Below, piece after piece: positions 52,049 through 63,039 of a stretch of 64,000 nucleotides of DNA. Both the position numbers and the translations under genes were made by a program. Positions within the stretch are counted from its first letter, which is position 1, and the number at the start of each line of letters is the position of its first letter. Source of the stretch: Anaeramoeba ignava BMAN (lineage: Eukaryota; Protista; Anaeramoebae); assembly GCA_028826165.1 (NCBI GenBank), contig JAPDFW010000094.1, positions 200,611 to 264,610 on the forward strand, written 5' to 3'. Below the pieces are notes generated by a model that saw only the letters and a list, made by a program, of their open reading frames with translations, made no database searches and was not told where the DNA came from.

Positions 52049-52289
52049 TTTTAATAAAATGAAAAAAAATGAAAAAAAGAAAAAAAATTTTTTTTTGTTT
52101 TGTTGTTTTGTTTTAATTAAAAAATGAATAAAAAAAGTGGATTTTGAATTATTTAAAAAAGGAAAAAGGAGAAAAAAAAATAATTCCAAAAAAAAAGGAG
52201 AAATTCTTATTCTTCTTTTTTCTAAATTTATTAATAAAAAAATTAAAAAGAAAATAAAACTCAAATTACATAAAAAAGAAAAGAGAAAT

Positions 52290-54491
52290 TTAAATTTTTA
52301 TAGAAAAAGGTAATTTTCTTGTAATTGCTTCAAGAGGTTGAGGAAGAGGTTCAATTTTTCCTTTTATAAAATCATTTATACTAAGACGATTATTCATTTC
52401 AGAATCAGAAAATAAACCAAATTCATTTGGATATTTTGGAATTAACCATTGAACTTTACAAAAATAATTTGGATGTTTAATTTGAAAATCTAAAATAATT
52501 GCAAAAATTTCAAATCCTCCTTCAATTCTCATTCCAACGCAATCTCCAATAGAAATAACTGTTTCATTTTTTTCATCTGAAGAATCTTGGAAATCATTTT
52601 GATAAATATTATTTGGAAAGCTTTGGATTTTTTGAATAATTGGAATTTGATTTATATTTTGATTTATATTTTGATTTTGATTTTGGTTTTGATTTTGATT
52701 TATATTTTGATTTTGATTTTGATTTTGATTTTGAATTGGATTTTGATTTTGAATATTTTGATTTGGGATTTGATTTATATTTTGATTTTGATTTTGATTT
52801 TGATTTATATTTTGATTATGAATTGGAATAGAATTTAATTTGGGATTATTTTTAGATGGAATATTCGTTTCAGTTTTTGAATCTTTTTTTGATTTTGATT
52901 TTGATTTTGATTTGATTTTATCATTTGATTTGCTTCTTTTTTTTCTTGTTGTATTTTTTTTTCTTCTTTTTGTTTTGGGTTTATTTCGATCTGTATTTTT
53001 GATATTTTTATTTGGTGTTGTTTTGTTTTCTGCTGTGTTTTTTGTTGTTTTTTGCTTTGGAGTTTTTGATTTTGTTTGTTTTTTTGGTTTTGTTTGTTTT
53101 TTTGAATTTTTTCTAGTTTTTGAAGTTTTTGTAGTTTTTTGGGAATTTGAGGTTTTTTTAGATGTTGAAGTTGAGTTGGTATTTAAAGGTTTTTTTGTAT
53201 GATTAATTATATCAGAAATTGAAAAATTATTTCTATTATTTTTTTGTTTATCAGTTTTTGAAATTTTTTGGGAATTTGGATTTTGGTTCAGATTTGGAAT
53301 TTGAATTTCATTTTGATTTATATTATGATTTATATTTTGATTATGATTTATATTATGATTTATATTTTGATTTTGATTTATATTATGATTTATATTTTGA
53401 TTTGGGATTTGATTTATATTTTGATTTTTATTTTGATTTATATTTTGATTTTGATTATGATTATGATTATGATTATGATTATGATTTATATTTTGATTTT
53501 GATTTATATTTTGATTTTGATTTATATTTTGATTATGATTTTGATTTATATTTTGATTTATATTTTGATTTATATTTTGATTTTGATTTTGATTTATATT
53601 TTGATTATGATTTTGATTATGATTATGATTTTGATTATGATTTATATTTTGATTTTGATTTATATTTTGATTTTGATTTTGATTTTGATTTTGATTTTGA
53701 TTTTGATTTTGATTTTGATTTTGATTTTGATTTTGATTTTGATTTTGATTTTGATTTATATTTTGATTATGATTTTGATTATGATTATGATTATGATTTA
53801 TATTTTGATTTTGATTTTGATTTATATTTTGATTATGATTTATATTTTGATTATGATTTATATTTTGATTATGATTTTGATTATGATTTTGATTTTGATT
53901 TTGTTTATGATTTTGATTTTGTTTATGATTTATATTTTGATTTTGATTTATATTTTGATTATGATTTTGATTTATATTTTGATTTAAATGATTTTCTTGT
54001 AAATTTGCTACACTATTTTGTGAATTAAATTGTTGGAGATTTTGTTGAGAATCTTGCAAAATATTTTGAAAATTTGTTTGTTGAATATTTTGAATTCTTG
54101 AACTTCTTCTTGGAAAAGATTTCAAATTATTGAGAGATTGAGAAGGAATTTGAGAAGAATCAGAATGAATATTTGAATTAAAAGAAATATCAATCAATTG
54201 ATTATCAAGAGAATTATTAAGAAAAGGAGAAAAATCGGAATTTTCTTGATTTGTTGAATCAATTTGATTTTCTTCAAAATTTTCTTCAAAATTTTTTGCT
54301 TTTCTTTTTTGTTTTCTTGTTTTGGATTTTCTTGTTTGAGAAGGTCTATCAGTTCCATGTCTTTTTCTATAAATTGCACATGCATTACAATAATATTTCT
54401 CTCCTATTTTTCTCCATAATGGTGTGTTTTTTGTTGAACAATTTGGATTGGAACAAACTTGTACTTCAGGATTTGTTATGTTTGTTTTCAT
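52290..54491 (-). CDS. GATA zinc finger + C-terminal BAH-like domain (GATAD1-like) with long NQ/NH tract
   Basis: CSNPNC..TPLWRK..YCNACAIY. The C-terminal ISIGDCVGM..FAII..VQWLIP..FIKGKIEPLPQPLE resembles GATAD1. Confidence 0.78.
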   Translation of the reverse strand: MKTNITNPEVQVCSNPNCSTKNTPLWRKIGEKYYCNACAIYRKRHGTDRPSQTRKSKTRKQKRKAKNFEENFEENQIDSTNQENSDFSPFLNNSLDNQLIDISFNSNIHSDSSQIPSQSLNNLKSFPRRSSRIQNIQQTNFQNILQDSQQNLQQFNSQNSVANLQENHLNQNINQNHNQNINQNQNINHKQNQNHKQNQNQNHNQNHNQNINHNQNINHNQNINQNQNQNINHNHNHNQNHNQNINQNQNQNQNQNQNQNQNQNQNQNQNQNQNQNINQNQNINHNQNHNHNQNHNQNINQNQNQNINQNINQNINQNHNQNINQNQNINQNQNINHNHNHNHNHNQNQNINQNKNQNINQIPNQNINHNINQNQNINHNINHNQNINHNINQNEIQIPNLNQNPNSQKISKTDKQKNNRNNFSISDIINHTKKPLNTNSTSTSKKTSNSQKTTKTSKTRKNSKKQTKPKKQTKSKTPKQKTTKNTAENKTTPNKNIKNTDRNKPKTKRRKKNTTRKKRSKSNDKIKSKSKSKSKKDSKTETNIPSKNNPKLNSIPIHNQNINQNQNQNQNINQIPNQNIQNQNPIQNQNQNQNQNINQNQNQNQNQNINQNINQIPIIQKIQSFPNNIYQNDFQDSSDEKNETVISIGDCVGMRIEGGFEIFAIILDFQIKHPNYFCKVQWLIPKYPNEFGLFSDSEMNNRLSINDFIKGKIEPLPQPLEAITRKLPFSIKI

Positions 54492-54719
54492 TTGTTATTT
54501 TTGTTTTAAAAAAATTTATAAATTGTTTTTTTTTTGTTTCTAATTAAAAATGTAAATAAAAAAATGAAAAATGAAATTTTGTTTGTTTTTATTCCAAATT
54601 TTATTTTCTTTCCCAAAAAAAAAAAAAATTTCTTAAATTGTTCTGAATTGGAATTATTTGAAAAAAGGAGAAGATCAAGAAATATTTCTTTTTAATATTT
54701 TTTGAATTAAGTTCTTTAA

Positions 54720-56135
54720 AAATAAATTTTTTTTAATTTAAATTTATTTTCAAAATAATTATTCCATTTGTTTAATTTATTTAAAATACTTAAAAATTTA
54801 TTCCAAAATTAAAAATAAATAGATTAAATAATCTTAAATTAATTTATTTAAAAATAATAAATTAAAGTTATTAAAAATAATTAAATAAATTTAAATGAAA
54901 AAAATTTATTTTCAAAATAATTATTCCATTTGTTTAATTTATTTAAAATATTTAATAATTTATTCCAAAATTAAAAATAAATATATTAGATAATTTTAAA
55001 TTAATTTATTTAAAAATAATAAATTAAAGTTATTAAAAATAATGAAATAAATTTAAATGAAAAATTTATTTTCAAAATAATTATTTCATTTTTTAATTTA
55101 TTTAAAATACTTAATAATTTATTCCAAAATTAAAAATAAATAGATTAAATAATTTTAAATTAATTTATTTAAAAATAATAAATTAAAGTTATTAAAAATA
55201 ATTAAATAAATTTAAATGAAAAAATTTATTTTCAAAATAATTATTCCATTTGTTTAATTTATTTAAATTACTTAATAATTTATTCCAAAATTAAAAATAA
55301 ATAGATCAGATAATTTTAAATTAATTTATTTAAAAATAATAAATTAAAATAAATTTAAATCAAAAATTTTATTTTCAAAATAATTATTCCATTTATTTAA
55401 TTTATTTAAAATACTTAAAAATTTATTCCAAAATTAAAAATAAATAGATTAAATAATTTTAAATTAATTTATTTAAAAATAATAAATTAAAGTTATTAAA
55501 AATAATTAAATAAATTTAAATGAAAAATTTATTTTCAAAATAATTATTCCATTTATTTAATTTATTTAAAATACTTAAAAATTTATTCCAAAATTAAAAA
55601 TAAATAGATTAGATAATTTTAAATTAATTTATTTAAAAATAATAAATTAAAGTTATTAAAAATAATGAAATAAATTTAAATGAAAAATTTATTTTCAAAA
55701 TAATTATTCCATTTATTTAATTTATTTAAAATACTTAAAAATTTATTCCAAAATTAAAAATAAATAGATTAGATAATTTTAAATTAATTTATTTAAAAAT
55801 AATAAATTAAAGTTATTAAAATAATGAAATAAATTTAAATCAAAAAAATTTATTTTCAAAATAATTATTCCATTTTTTTAATTTATTTAAAATATTTAAA
55901 AATTTATTCCAAAATTAAAAATAAATAGATTAAATAATCTTAAATTAATTTATTTAAAAATAATAAATTAAAGTTATTAAAAATAATGAAATAAATTTAA
56001 ATTAAAAAAATTTATTTTCAAAATAATTATTCCATTTGTTTAATTTATTTAAAATACTTAAAAATTTATTCCAAAATTAAAAATAAATAGATCAGATAAT
56101 TTTAAATTAATTTATTTAAAAATAATAAATTAAAG
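54720..56135. repeat. Intergenic minisatellite, ~160-162-bp unit, ~9 copies
   Basis: The anchor CAAAATAATTATTCCATT recurs at about 54764, 54926, 55086 and on to 56032. Confidence 0.9.
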
Positions 56136-56202
56136 TCTTGAAAAAAAAATAAAAAAACCAAAAATTTATTTTTTCATTTTTTTTTCTTTTTGTTTTTTTT
56201 CA

Positions 56203-58551
56203 ATGATCAAATTCTTTTTAATAATAATTTTAATCACATTAACTTTAACCGATTCAATTGAAGAATACAGTGATCCATACAGTGAATGTGAAAGTAATTT
56301 TTTTGCATCAATACCACCAAAAATGTATTCAGGAAATGTAGCACTTTGTAAAAATGGTTATGCTTTTATTGCTTATGACGTGGATATGAAAAATCCAGCT
56401 TTGACTGCTTATTATTGGAAAAAAGAAACTTTATATGGTGGACGTGAAGGTTTTAAACTTGATACAGAATTAGAAGCAATGGGAATTGCTCAAGGTATTT
56501 TTCAATAAGATTTTTGATTAATTTTTTTCAATTTAAATTTTTGGATTGTTTATTAAATATTAAATTAAATATTAAATATTAAATATTAAATCAAATATTA
56601 AATATTGAATATAAAATTAAATTAAATTAAATTAAATATAAAATTAAATATTAAATATAAAATTAAAAATTAAATTAAATATTAAATATTAAATATTAAA
56701 TTAAATTAAATATTAAATATTAAATATTAAATTAAATATTATATTAAATATTAAATTAAATATTAAATTAAATTAAATTAAATTAAATTAAATATTAAAT
56801 ATTATATTAAATTAAATTAAAAATTAAATTAAATATTAAATTAAAAATTAAATTAAATATTAAATTAAATATTAAATTAAATATTAAATTAAAAATTAAA
56901 TTAAATATTAAATTAAATATTAAATTAAATTAAATATTAAATTAAATATTAAATTAAATATTAAATTAAATTATAAATTAAATATTAAATATTAAATTAA
57001 ATATTAAATTAAATATTAAATTAAATATTAAATTAAATATTAAATATAAAATTAAATTAAATTAAATATTAAATATTAAATTAAATATTAAAGCTCCTGT
57101 TGATTCTTCTTGTTGGTCTCAGGATTGGAATAGAGGCCATCTTAAACCAAGTGATGGATCAAGTTATAATTTAACAAAAGGTGGTCCTTGGGATATGACT
57201 TATATTATGAGTAATGTTGCTCCTCAAGCTGGAACTTTTAATGAAGGATCTGTTTGTGATTTAATTTAAATTCAAAAATTAAATTAAAAAATTGAAATTC
57301 AATAAAATATTTATATTGAATAAAAAAGTGGTCAACTCTTGAAGGAAATGTTGTTAATTGGATTCAAACAAAAAACAATCCTCTTTATATTATTACTGGT
57401 GTTGCTTATAAAGATAGAAGTAATCCAATAAGAAGAGCTGATAATATTGCTCAACCAGATTATTATTACAAAGTTATTTGTGATCCAGTTGCAAGACAAT
57501 CAGCTGGATTTTATGCTTGTAAAATTAAATTCAAAATAAATTCAAAATAAATTTAAATCAAATTAAATTCAAAATAAATTTAAATTCAATTCAAAATATA
57601 TTTAAATTCAAAATATATTTAAATTCAAAATAAATTTAAATTTAAATCCAAATTCAAATCCAAATTCAAAATAAATTTAAATTCAAAATAAATTTAAATC
57701 AAAATAAATTTAAATTCAAAATAAATTTAAATCAAAATAAATCCAAAATAAATTTAAATTTAAAATAAATTCAAAATAAATTCAAAATAAATTTAAATCA
57801 AAAATAAATTTAAAATAAATTTAAATTCAAATAAATTCAAAATAAATTTAAATTCAAATAAATTCAAAATAAATTTAAATTCAAATAAATTCAAAATAAA
57901 TTTAAATTCAAATAAATTCAAAATAAATCAAAATAAATTCAAAATAAATTCAAAATAAATCCAAAATAAATTTAAATTAAATTTAAATTCAAAATAAATC
58001 AAAATAAATTCAAAATAAATTTAAATTCAAAATAAATTTAAATTCAAAATAAATTTAAAATAAATTTAAATTCAAAATAAATTTAAATTTAAAATAAATT
58101 CAAATTCAAATTCAAAATAAATTTAAATTCAAAATAAATTTAAATTTAAAATAAATTTAAATCCAAAATAAATTTAAAATCAAAATAAATTCAAATTCAA
58201 ATTAAATTTAAATCCAAAATAAATTTAAAATCAAAATAAATTTAAATTCAAAATCAATTTAAATTTAAAATAAATTTAAATTTAAAATAAATTTAAATCC
58301 AAAATAAATTCAAATTCAAATTCAAAATAAATTTAAATTCAAAATAAATTTAAATTCAAAATAAATTTAAATCCAAATTCAAAATAAATTCAAAATAAAT
58401 TTAAATTCAAAATTTAGGCAATTTACCTGATTCTTGTCAAGAAGATACAAAAATATTCAGAACAGTTGCAGAAGTTGAAACACTTGCTCAATTAACCTTA
58501 TTTGATACATTATGCAATAAGAATTCAGTTGATGAATCTCATTGGTGGTAA
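56203..58551 (+). CDS. Secreted DNA/RNA non-specific endonuclease (His-Me finger; NucA/EndoG/ENDOD1 family), 4 exons
   Basis: Signal peptide MIKFFLIIILITLTLT; WNRGHLKP, TYIMSNVAPQAGTFNEGSWSTLE, LYIITG, QPDYYYKV. Confidence 0.88.
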
Positions 58552-58897
58552 AAAGAAAAGAATGAAAGAAATTCTTTTTTCTTTTTCTTTTTTCAATTCA
58601 AATTTCATTTCCAAAAAAAAACAAACAAAAGAATTTTTTGGTTAAACCAAATAATTGGAATGGAAATTAATTTTTTTTTTCCTATGATCCACTTTTCATT
58701 TTTTTTTTGCTTTTTTGCTTTTTTGCTTTTTTGCTTTTGAAATTTTTTTTTTTAGCTTGATTTGAATCAAAAAAAAAAAAAAATTTCAAAAAATATTTTT
58801 TTCATTTTTTTTCATTTATTTTGATTTGATTTTTTTTTGATTTGATTAAATTTTATATTTTATAAAAGAAAATAAAATTAAATTAAATTAAATTAAA

Positions 58898-59527
58898 ATG
58901 GGATTTCGATCTTTTATAATTTTTTCAGGATTAATATTTGTTACATTATCAGGATTTATAGTTGGATTACTTTCTTTATTTACACCAGAACCATGGTTAG
59001 TAGATAGAAAATTAGTTGCATCAATTTTAAAAACAACAACAGATAATGAAAAAATTAATCAAATTCTTAATGATTCTGGATTAGCTGATTTATTAATGGT
59101 TCAATATAGATTTGGTTCTATTTTTTTAATTAGTACTTCTGCTTTTGTTTTATTAATTACTTTTACTTCTTATGAAAATCAAAATATTATAAGAATTACT
59201 CAAGCTCTTCTTTTGATTTTATTAGCAAGTATTTATCTTATTTTAATTGATGAAAGAAAGGTAAAAATTTATATTCAAAAAATTCTATAAATTATTTTCT
59301 TATTATTATAATTATTATTATTCTTTTTTTTATAGTTTTCAAATAATGCAAAATTATGTACTTTTGATTTCATTTATATTTTTGTTGGTTTTATTATTTC
59401 TTTATGTTGTGGAATTGGAAAAAAACCAGAAGATTTAAATTTAAAAGAAGATTTAAAATTAAAAGAAGATTTAAAAGAAGATTTAAAAGAAAATTTAAAT
59501 GAAAATGAATCAAAAAAAGATAAATGA
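58898..59527 (+). CDS. Uncharacterised ~4-TM protein with C-terminal KKxx ER-retrieval motif, 2 exons
   Basis: Exons 58898-59260 and ~59336-59527; hydrophobic segments; ends ESKKDK*. Confidence 0.65.
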
Positions 59528-59871
59528 ATAGAATCAAAATTCCTTTTTTTTCATTTCAACTTTTTTTCTTATTTTAAAATTTAATCAAAAAAAAAAATTC
59601 TTTTAAAATTTCAAAAATTATTCTTTAAATTTGAAAAGAAGAAATTCATAAATTGATATTGAATATTTAAGTGAAATTGATTTTAAGAAAATATTTTGCA
59701 ATTAAATCAATTTCTATTTTCTTTTTAAATTTGAATTTGGATTTTGTTTGAATTGAATTTGAAAAAAAAAAGAAAGAAAAGAATTTGAAAATTTGGATTT
59801 TGTTTGAATTTTGTTTGAATTTTGTTTGAAATTTGTTTTGATTTTTGTTTGAATTTTGTTTGAATTTTGGA

Positions 59872-62556
59872 TTAAATATCTAAATCAGTATGTAATTCTT
59901 TTTCTTTTATAATTTCTTGAATAACTTTGTTTTTTTTTCTTTTTTTAATGAAAATAATTCCAATAATAATCATTAAAATAATCAAAATAGGGATAATTAT
60001 TCCAATAGTTATTGCTGTTGTGTTTGTTGAATTTTCACTTGTTTGATAGATATCACATTGCATTGATAATGGTATTATTGATGTTGTTGAATTAATTCCT
60101 GAATATTCATTAATTGAACAATTTGAATTAGATGATGAATAAATTGAAATTTCATAATATTCTCCTGACTTTAATCCTGTTGAAATTGAATAATTTCTTG
60201 TTAAATTTGTTAAACAAATTGATGTTGAATTATAATTAAATGAATATGCTTTTAATCCACTTGATAATTCTAATGAATCCCAATTACAATAAAATCCTAA
60301 CATGAAAGATTTGCAACTTAATGAACTAATATTTCCTAATTTTGCTTTTGTTGAAATAATTGAACTTGATTCTCCTAAATATGATGTTTCACAATTTAAA
60401 TCTGAACATCCTCGAATTGAAATATTATATTCAATATTTCCTGATATTTCACTAATTGTTCCAATAACTTCATTTCCACTTAAATCAAGAGATGTGAATT
60501 TTTGCCAATTTGTTTCATTATCAAGTGAAATTGAATAATTGTTTGCATTGTTTAATTTTGTGAAATTTAATTCAATTTCTTCAATTTTAGGAATTGAATC
60601 ATAAATTATTGGTGAAATTGGTAAATTATCAGTTGTAATTGAAATTGATGAAATATATCCACATTTTCCATTGGAATTGCAAGCTGAAACATTAATTTGA
60701 TATTCTTGATTTGGAAATTGAGCTGTAAATTGTTGATTTAATGAATATGATTGATAATTTCCTGAATCATTTTGAGAAATAGATTGATAAGTAAAATTAT
60801 AATAAAATGGAATTGAACAATTAATTGATTGATTCCAATTACAATTAATATCTATTGAATATGAAATTGAACATGTTAAATTTGAAATTGTTTCAAATTG
60901 TTTTGAAATTGATGATTCAATAATTTCTCCTTTATCATCTTCTTCACATTCAAATGTTCTACATCCACAAATTGAAATTTCATAATCATTTTCACATTCT
61001 AAATCATCTAAAAGATATGAAGTTGATGAATTATCAACTAAAATTGAATAAATTGAATCAGGTTCAGATTGAATAAAATAAGAAATATTATAATGATTAA
61101 GATGAGCAATTCCTTCATCAATTTGAACATTTGGAGGAATCCAAATAATATTAATTGAATAATTTAAAGGATTTAATAATTGAAAATCTTTAACAGAATC
61201 AATTTTAGTTATTAAATTAATTGAAGAAGAAGATTCACCACAAATTGATGATTCTAAATCACAAACTCTAATTTGAATTGAATAATATTCATTTCCTGTA
61301 ATATTGTCATAAATTGAAGAATTAAATTGTTGATAATAAATATTCTCATCTTCAATAATTGGATTTTGAATATCAATCCAATCAATCCCATAATTAATTT
61401 GATATTTCAAAGTAAATGAAGATTGAATTCCTTCCCAATAACATTCAAATGATGAAAATAAAGATGAACAATTAAGAATATTAATTTGAAGAATAAGAGT
61501 TTCTTCATAAACAAATGCCTTAGAATCAAAAGAACCAATAACAGTAAAATTATCATAAATTGAAACAGAATCTCCAAAATATGAAAATGAATCTCCAGTT
61601 AATGTTTTTTCAAGATTCCAATTTGTTCCATCATATCGATAAATAAATGCTTGATTTGAATCATAAGCTGCAGCTCCAACAATAATAACATTTTCATAAA
61701 CTGAAACAGAAGATCCAAAATATGAAGGTCCAGGTAATGTTTTTTCAAGATTCCAATTTGCTCCATCATATCTATAAATAAATACAGTATTATCTTCACT
61801 TCCAACTACAATAACATTTTCATAACTTGAAATACATATTCCAAAATTTATATATGAAGTTTTCTGAAAAGAAGTGTACAAATACCAATTTGTTCCATCG
61901 AATGCATAAATATATATTGCTTGATAACCATAAGCACCAATAATAAACCAATCCCCATTAGTTGAAACACTGTCTCCATAATTAGTTGTGTCTTCACTCA
62001 ATGTTTGAACCTTTGAAAATCCACAAGAGATACAATAAACAAATACTTGTCCTTGATCAGGAGCACCAACAAGAAGCCAATATCCATAAATTGCAACACT
62101 TTTTCCATAATTTGAAACAGATTCAGATAGTGTGTAAGACAGAGACCAAATTTGACCATTATATTTATAAGCAAATACTTTCTGATCACCATAAGCTCCA
62201 ACAACAATATAATCCTCATAAACTGCTATACTATATCCAAAATTTACAGCAGAATCACTTAATATATCATCAAGATTCCAATTTGTTCCATCATATCTGT
62301 AAACATATACTCTATTATTGCCAGGAGCACTAATAACCATAATATTTTTATAAATTGCAACCAAAGTTCCAAAAGAACCTGAATCCTTAGACAGAGTTTG
62401 TTTTAAATTCCAAGTATAAATTCCATCAGAAGAAGAATAAGGAGAAGAAGAAGAAGAAGAATATTTTGATATTAATAAATTTGATATTTCTGAATTTTGA
62501 ATTGATTCAAATAAAATGATATTAAATATCAAAAAAATGGAAAGAATTGATTTCAT
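59872..62556 (-). CDS. Type I surface protein: signal peptide, FG-GAP-like beta-propeller, FN3 repeats, TM helix, short tail
   Basis: Intronless 894 aa. Repeats (F/Y)G.SV.(I/V)Y...(I/L)VVGA; FN3-like W/Y..I.(G/A)C motifs; TM helix followed by KKRKK. Confidence 0.82.
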   Translation of the reverse strand: MKSILSIFLIFNIILFESIQNSEISNLLISKYSSSSSSPYSSSDGIYTWNLKQTLSKDSGSFGTLVAIYKNIMVISAPGNNRVYVYRYDGTNWNLDDILSDSAVNFGYSIAVYEDYIVVGAYGDQKVFAYKYNGQIWSLSYTLSESVSNYGKSVAIYGYWLLVGAPDQGQVFVYCISCGFSKVQTLSEDTTNYGDSVSTNGDWFIIGAYGYQAIYIYAFDGTNWYLYTSFQKTSYINFGICISSYENVIVVGSEDNTVFIYRYDGANWNLEKTLPGPSYFGSSVSVYENVIIVGAAAYDSNQAFIYRYDGTNWNLEKTLTGDSFSYFGDSVSIYDNFTVIGSFDSKAFVYEETLILQINILNCSSLFSSFECYWEGIQSSFTLKYQINYGIDWIDIQNPIIEDENIYYQQFNSSIYDNITGNEYYSIQIRVCDLESSICGESSSSINLITKIDSVKDFQLLNPLNYSINIIWIPPNVQIDEGIAHLNHYNISYFIQSEPDSIYSILVDNSSTSYLLDDLECENDYEISICGCRTFECEEDDKGEIIESSISKQFETISNLTCSISYSIDINCNWNQSINCSIPFYYNFTYQSISQNDSGNYQSYSLNQQFTAQFPNQEYQINVSACNSNGKCGYISSISITTDNLPISPIIYDSIPKIEEIELNFTKLNNANNYSISLDNETNWQKFTSLDLSGNEVIGTISEISGNIEYNISIRGCSDLNCETSYLGESSSIISTKAKLGNISSLSCKSFMLGFYCNWDSLELSSGLKAYSFNYNSTSICLTNLTRNYSISTGLKSGEYYEISIYSSSNSNCSINEYSGINSTTSIIPLSMQCDIYQTSENSTNTTAITIGIIIPILIILMIIIGIIFIKKRKKNKVIQEIIKEKELHTDLDI

Positions 62557-63039
62557 CTATTTATTTTATTTATTTATTTTTTGATTTATTTATTTTTGGA
62601 TTAATAAAACAATAATAATAAAAAAAGAAAAGAAAATTAATTGTTTTTAAATTTGGTTTTTAAATTTGTTTTTAAATTTGTTTTTTAAATTTTCTTTTTA
62701 GATCAAAATAAAAAAACCAAAAAAAAAAAAGTTTTTTATTTATTTTTTTCGTTAAATTACTTTTGTTTTTAAATTGTGTGTTTTGTTTTTGTTTTGATTT
62801 TGTGTTTTTAAATTTGTTTCTTTTGTTTCTTTGTTTATTAAAAAAAAAAAAAAGTTTTTCAATTAAAATTGATTAAAAAAAAAATGAAAAATTTGAGAAA
62901 AAAAAATTCAATTCTTGTTTATTTTAATTTTGAAATTTTCGCATTTTATTCCTACTTTTATTTATTTTTTTTATTTTTTCTCCTTTTTTATTTATTAATT
63001 TATTAAAAAAATTAAATTTTGGAATAAAAATTTCTTAGA

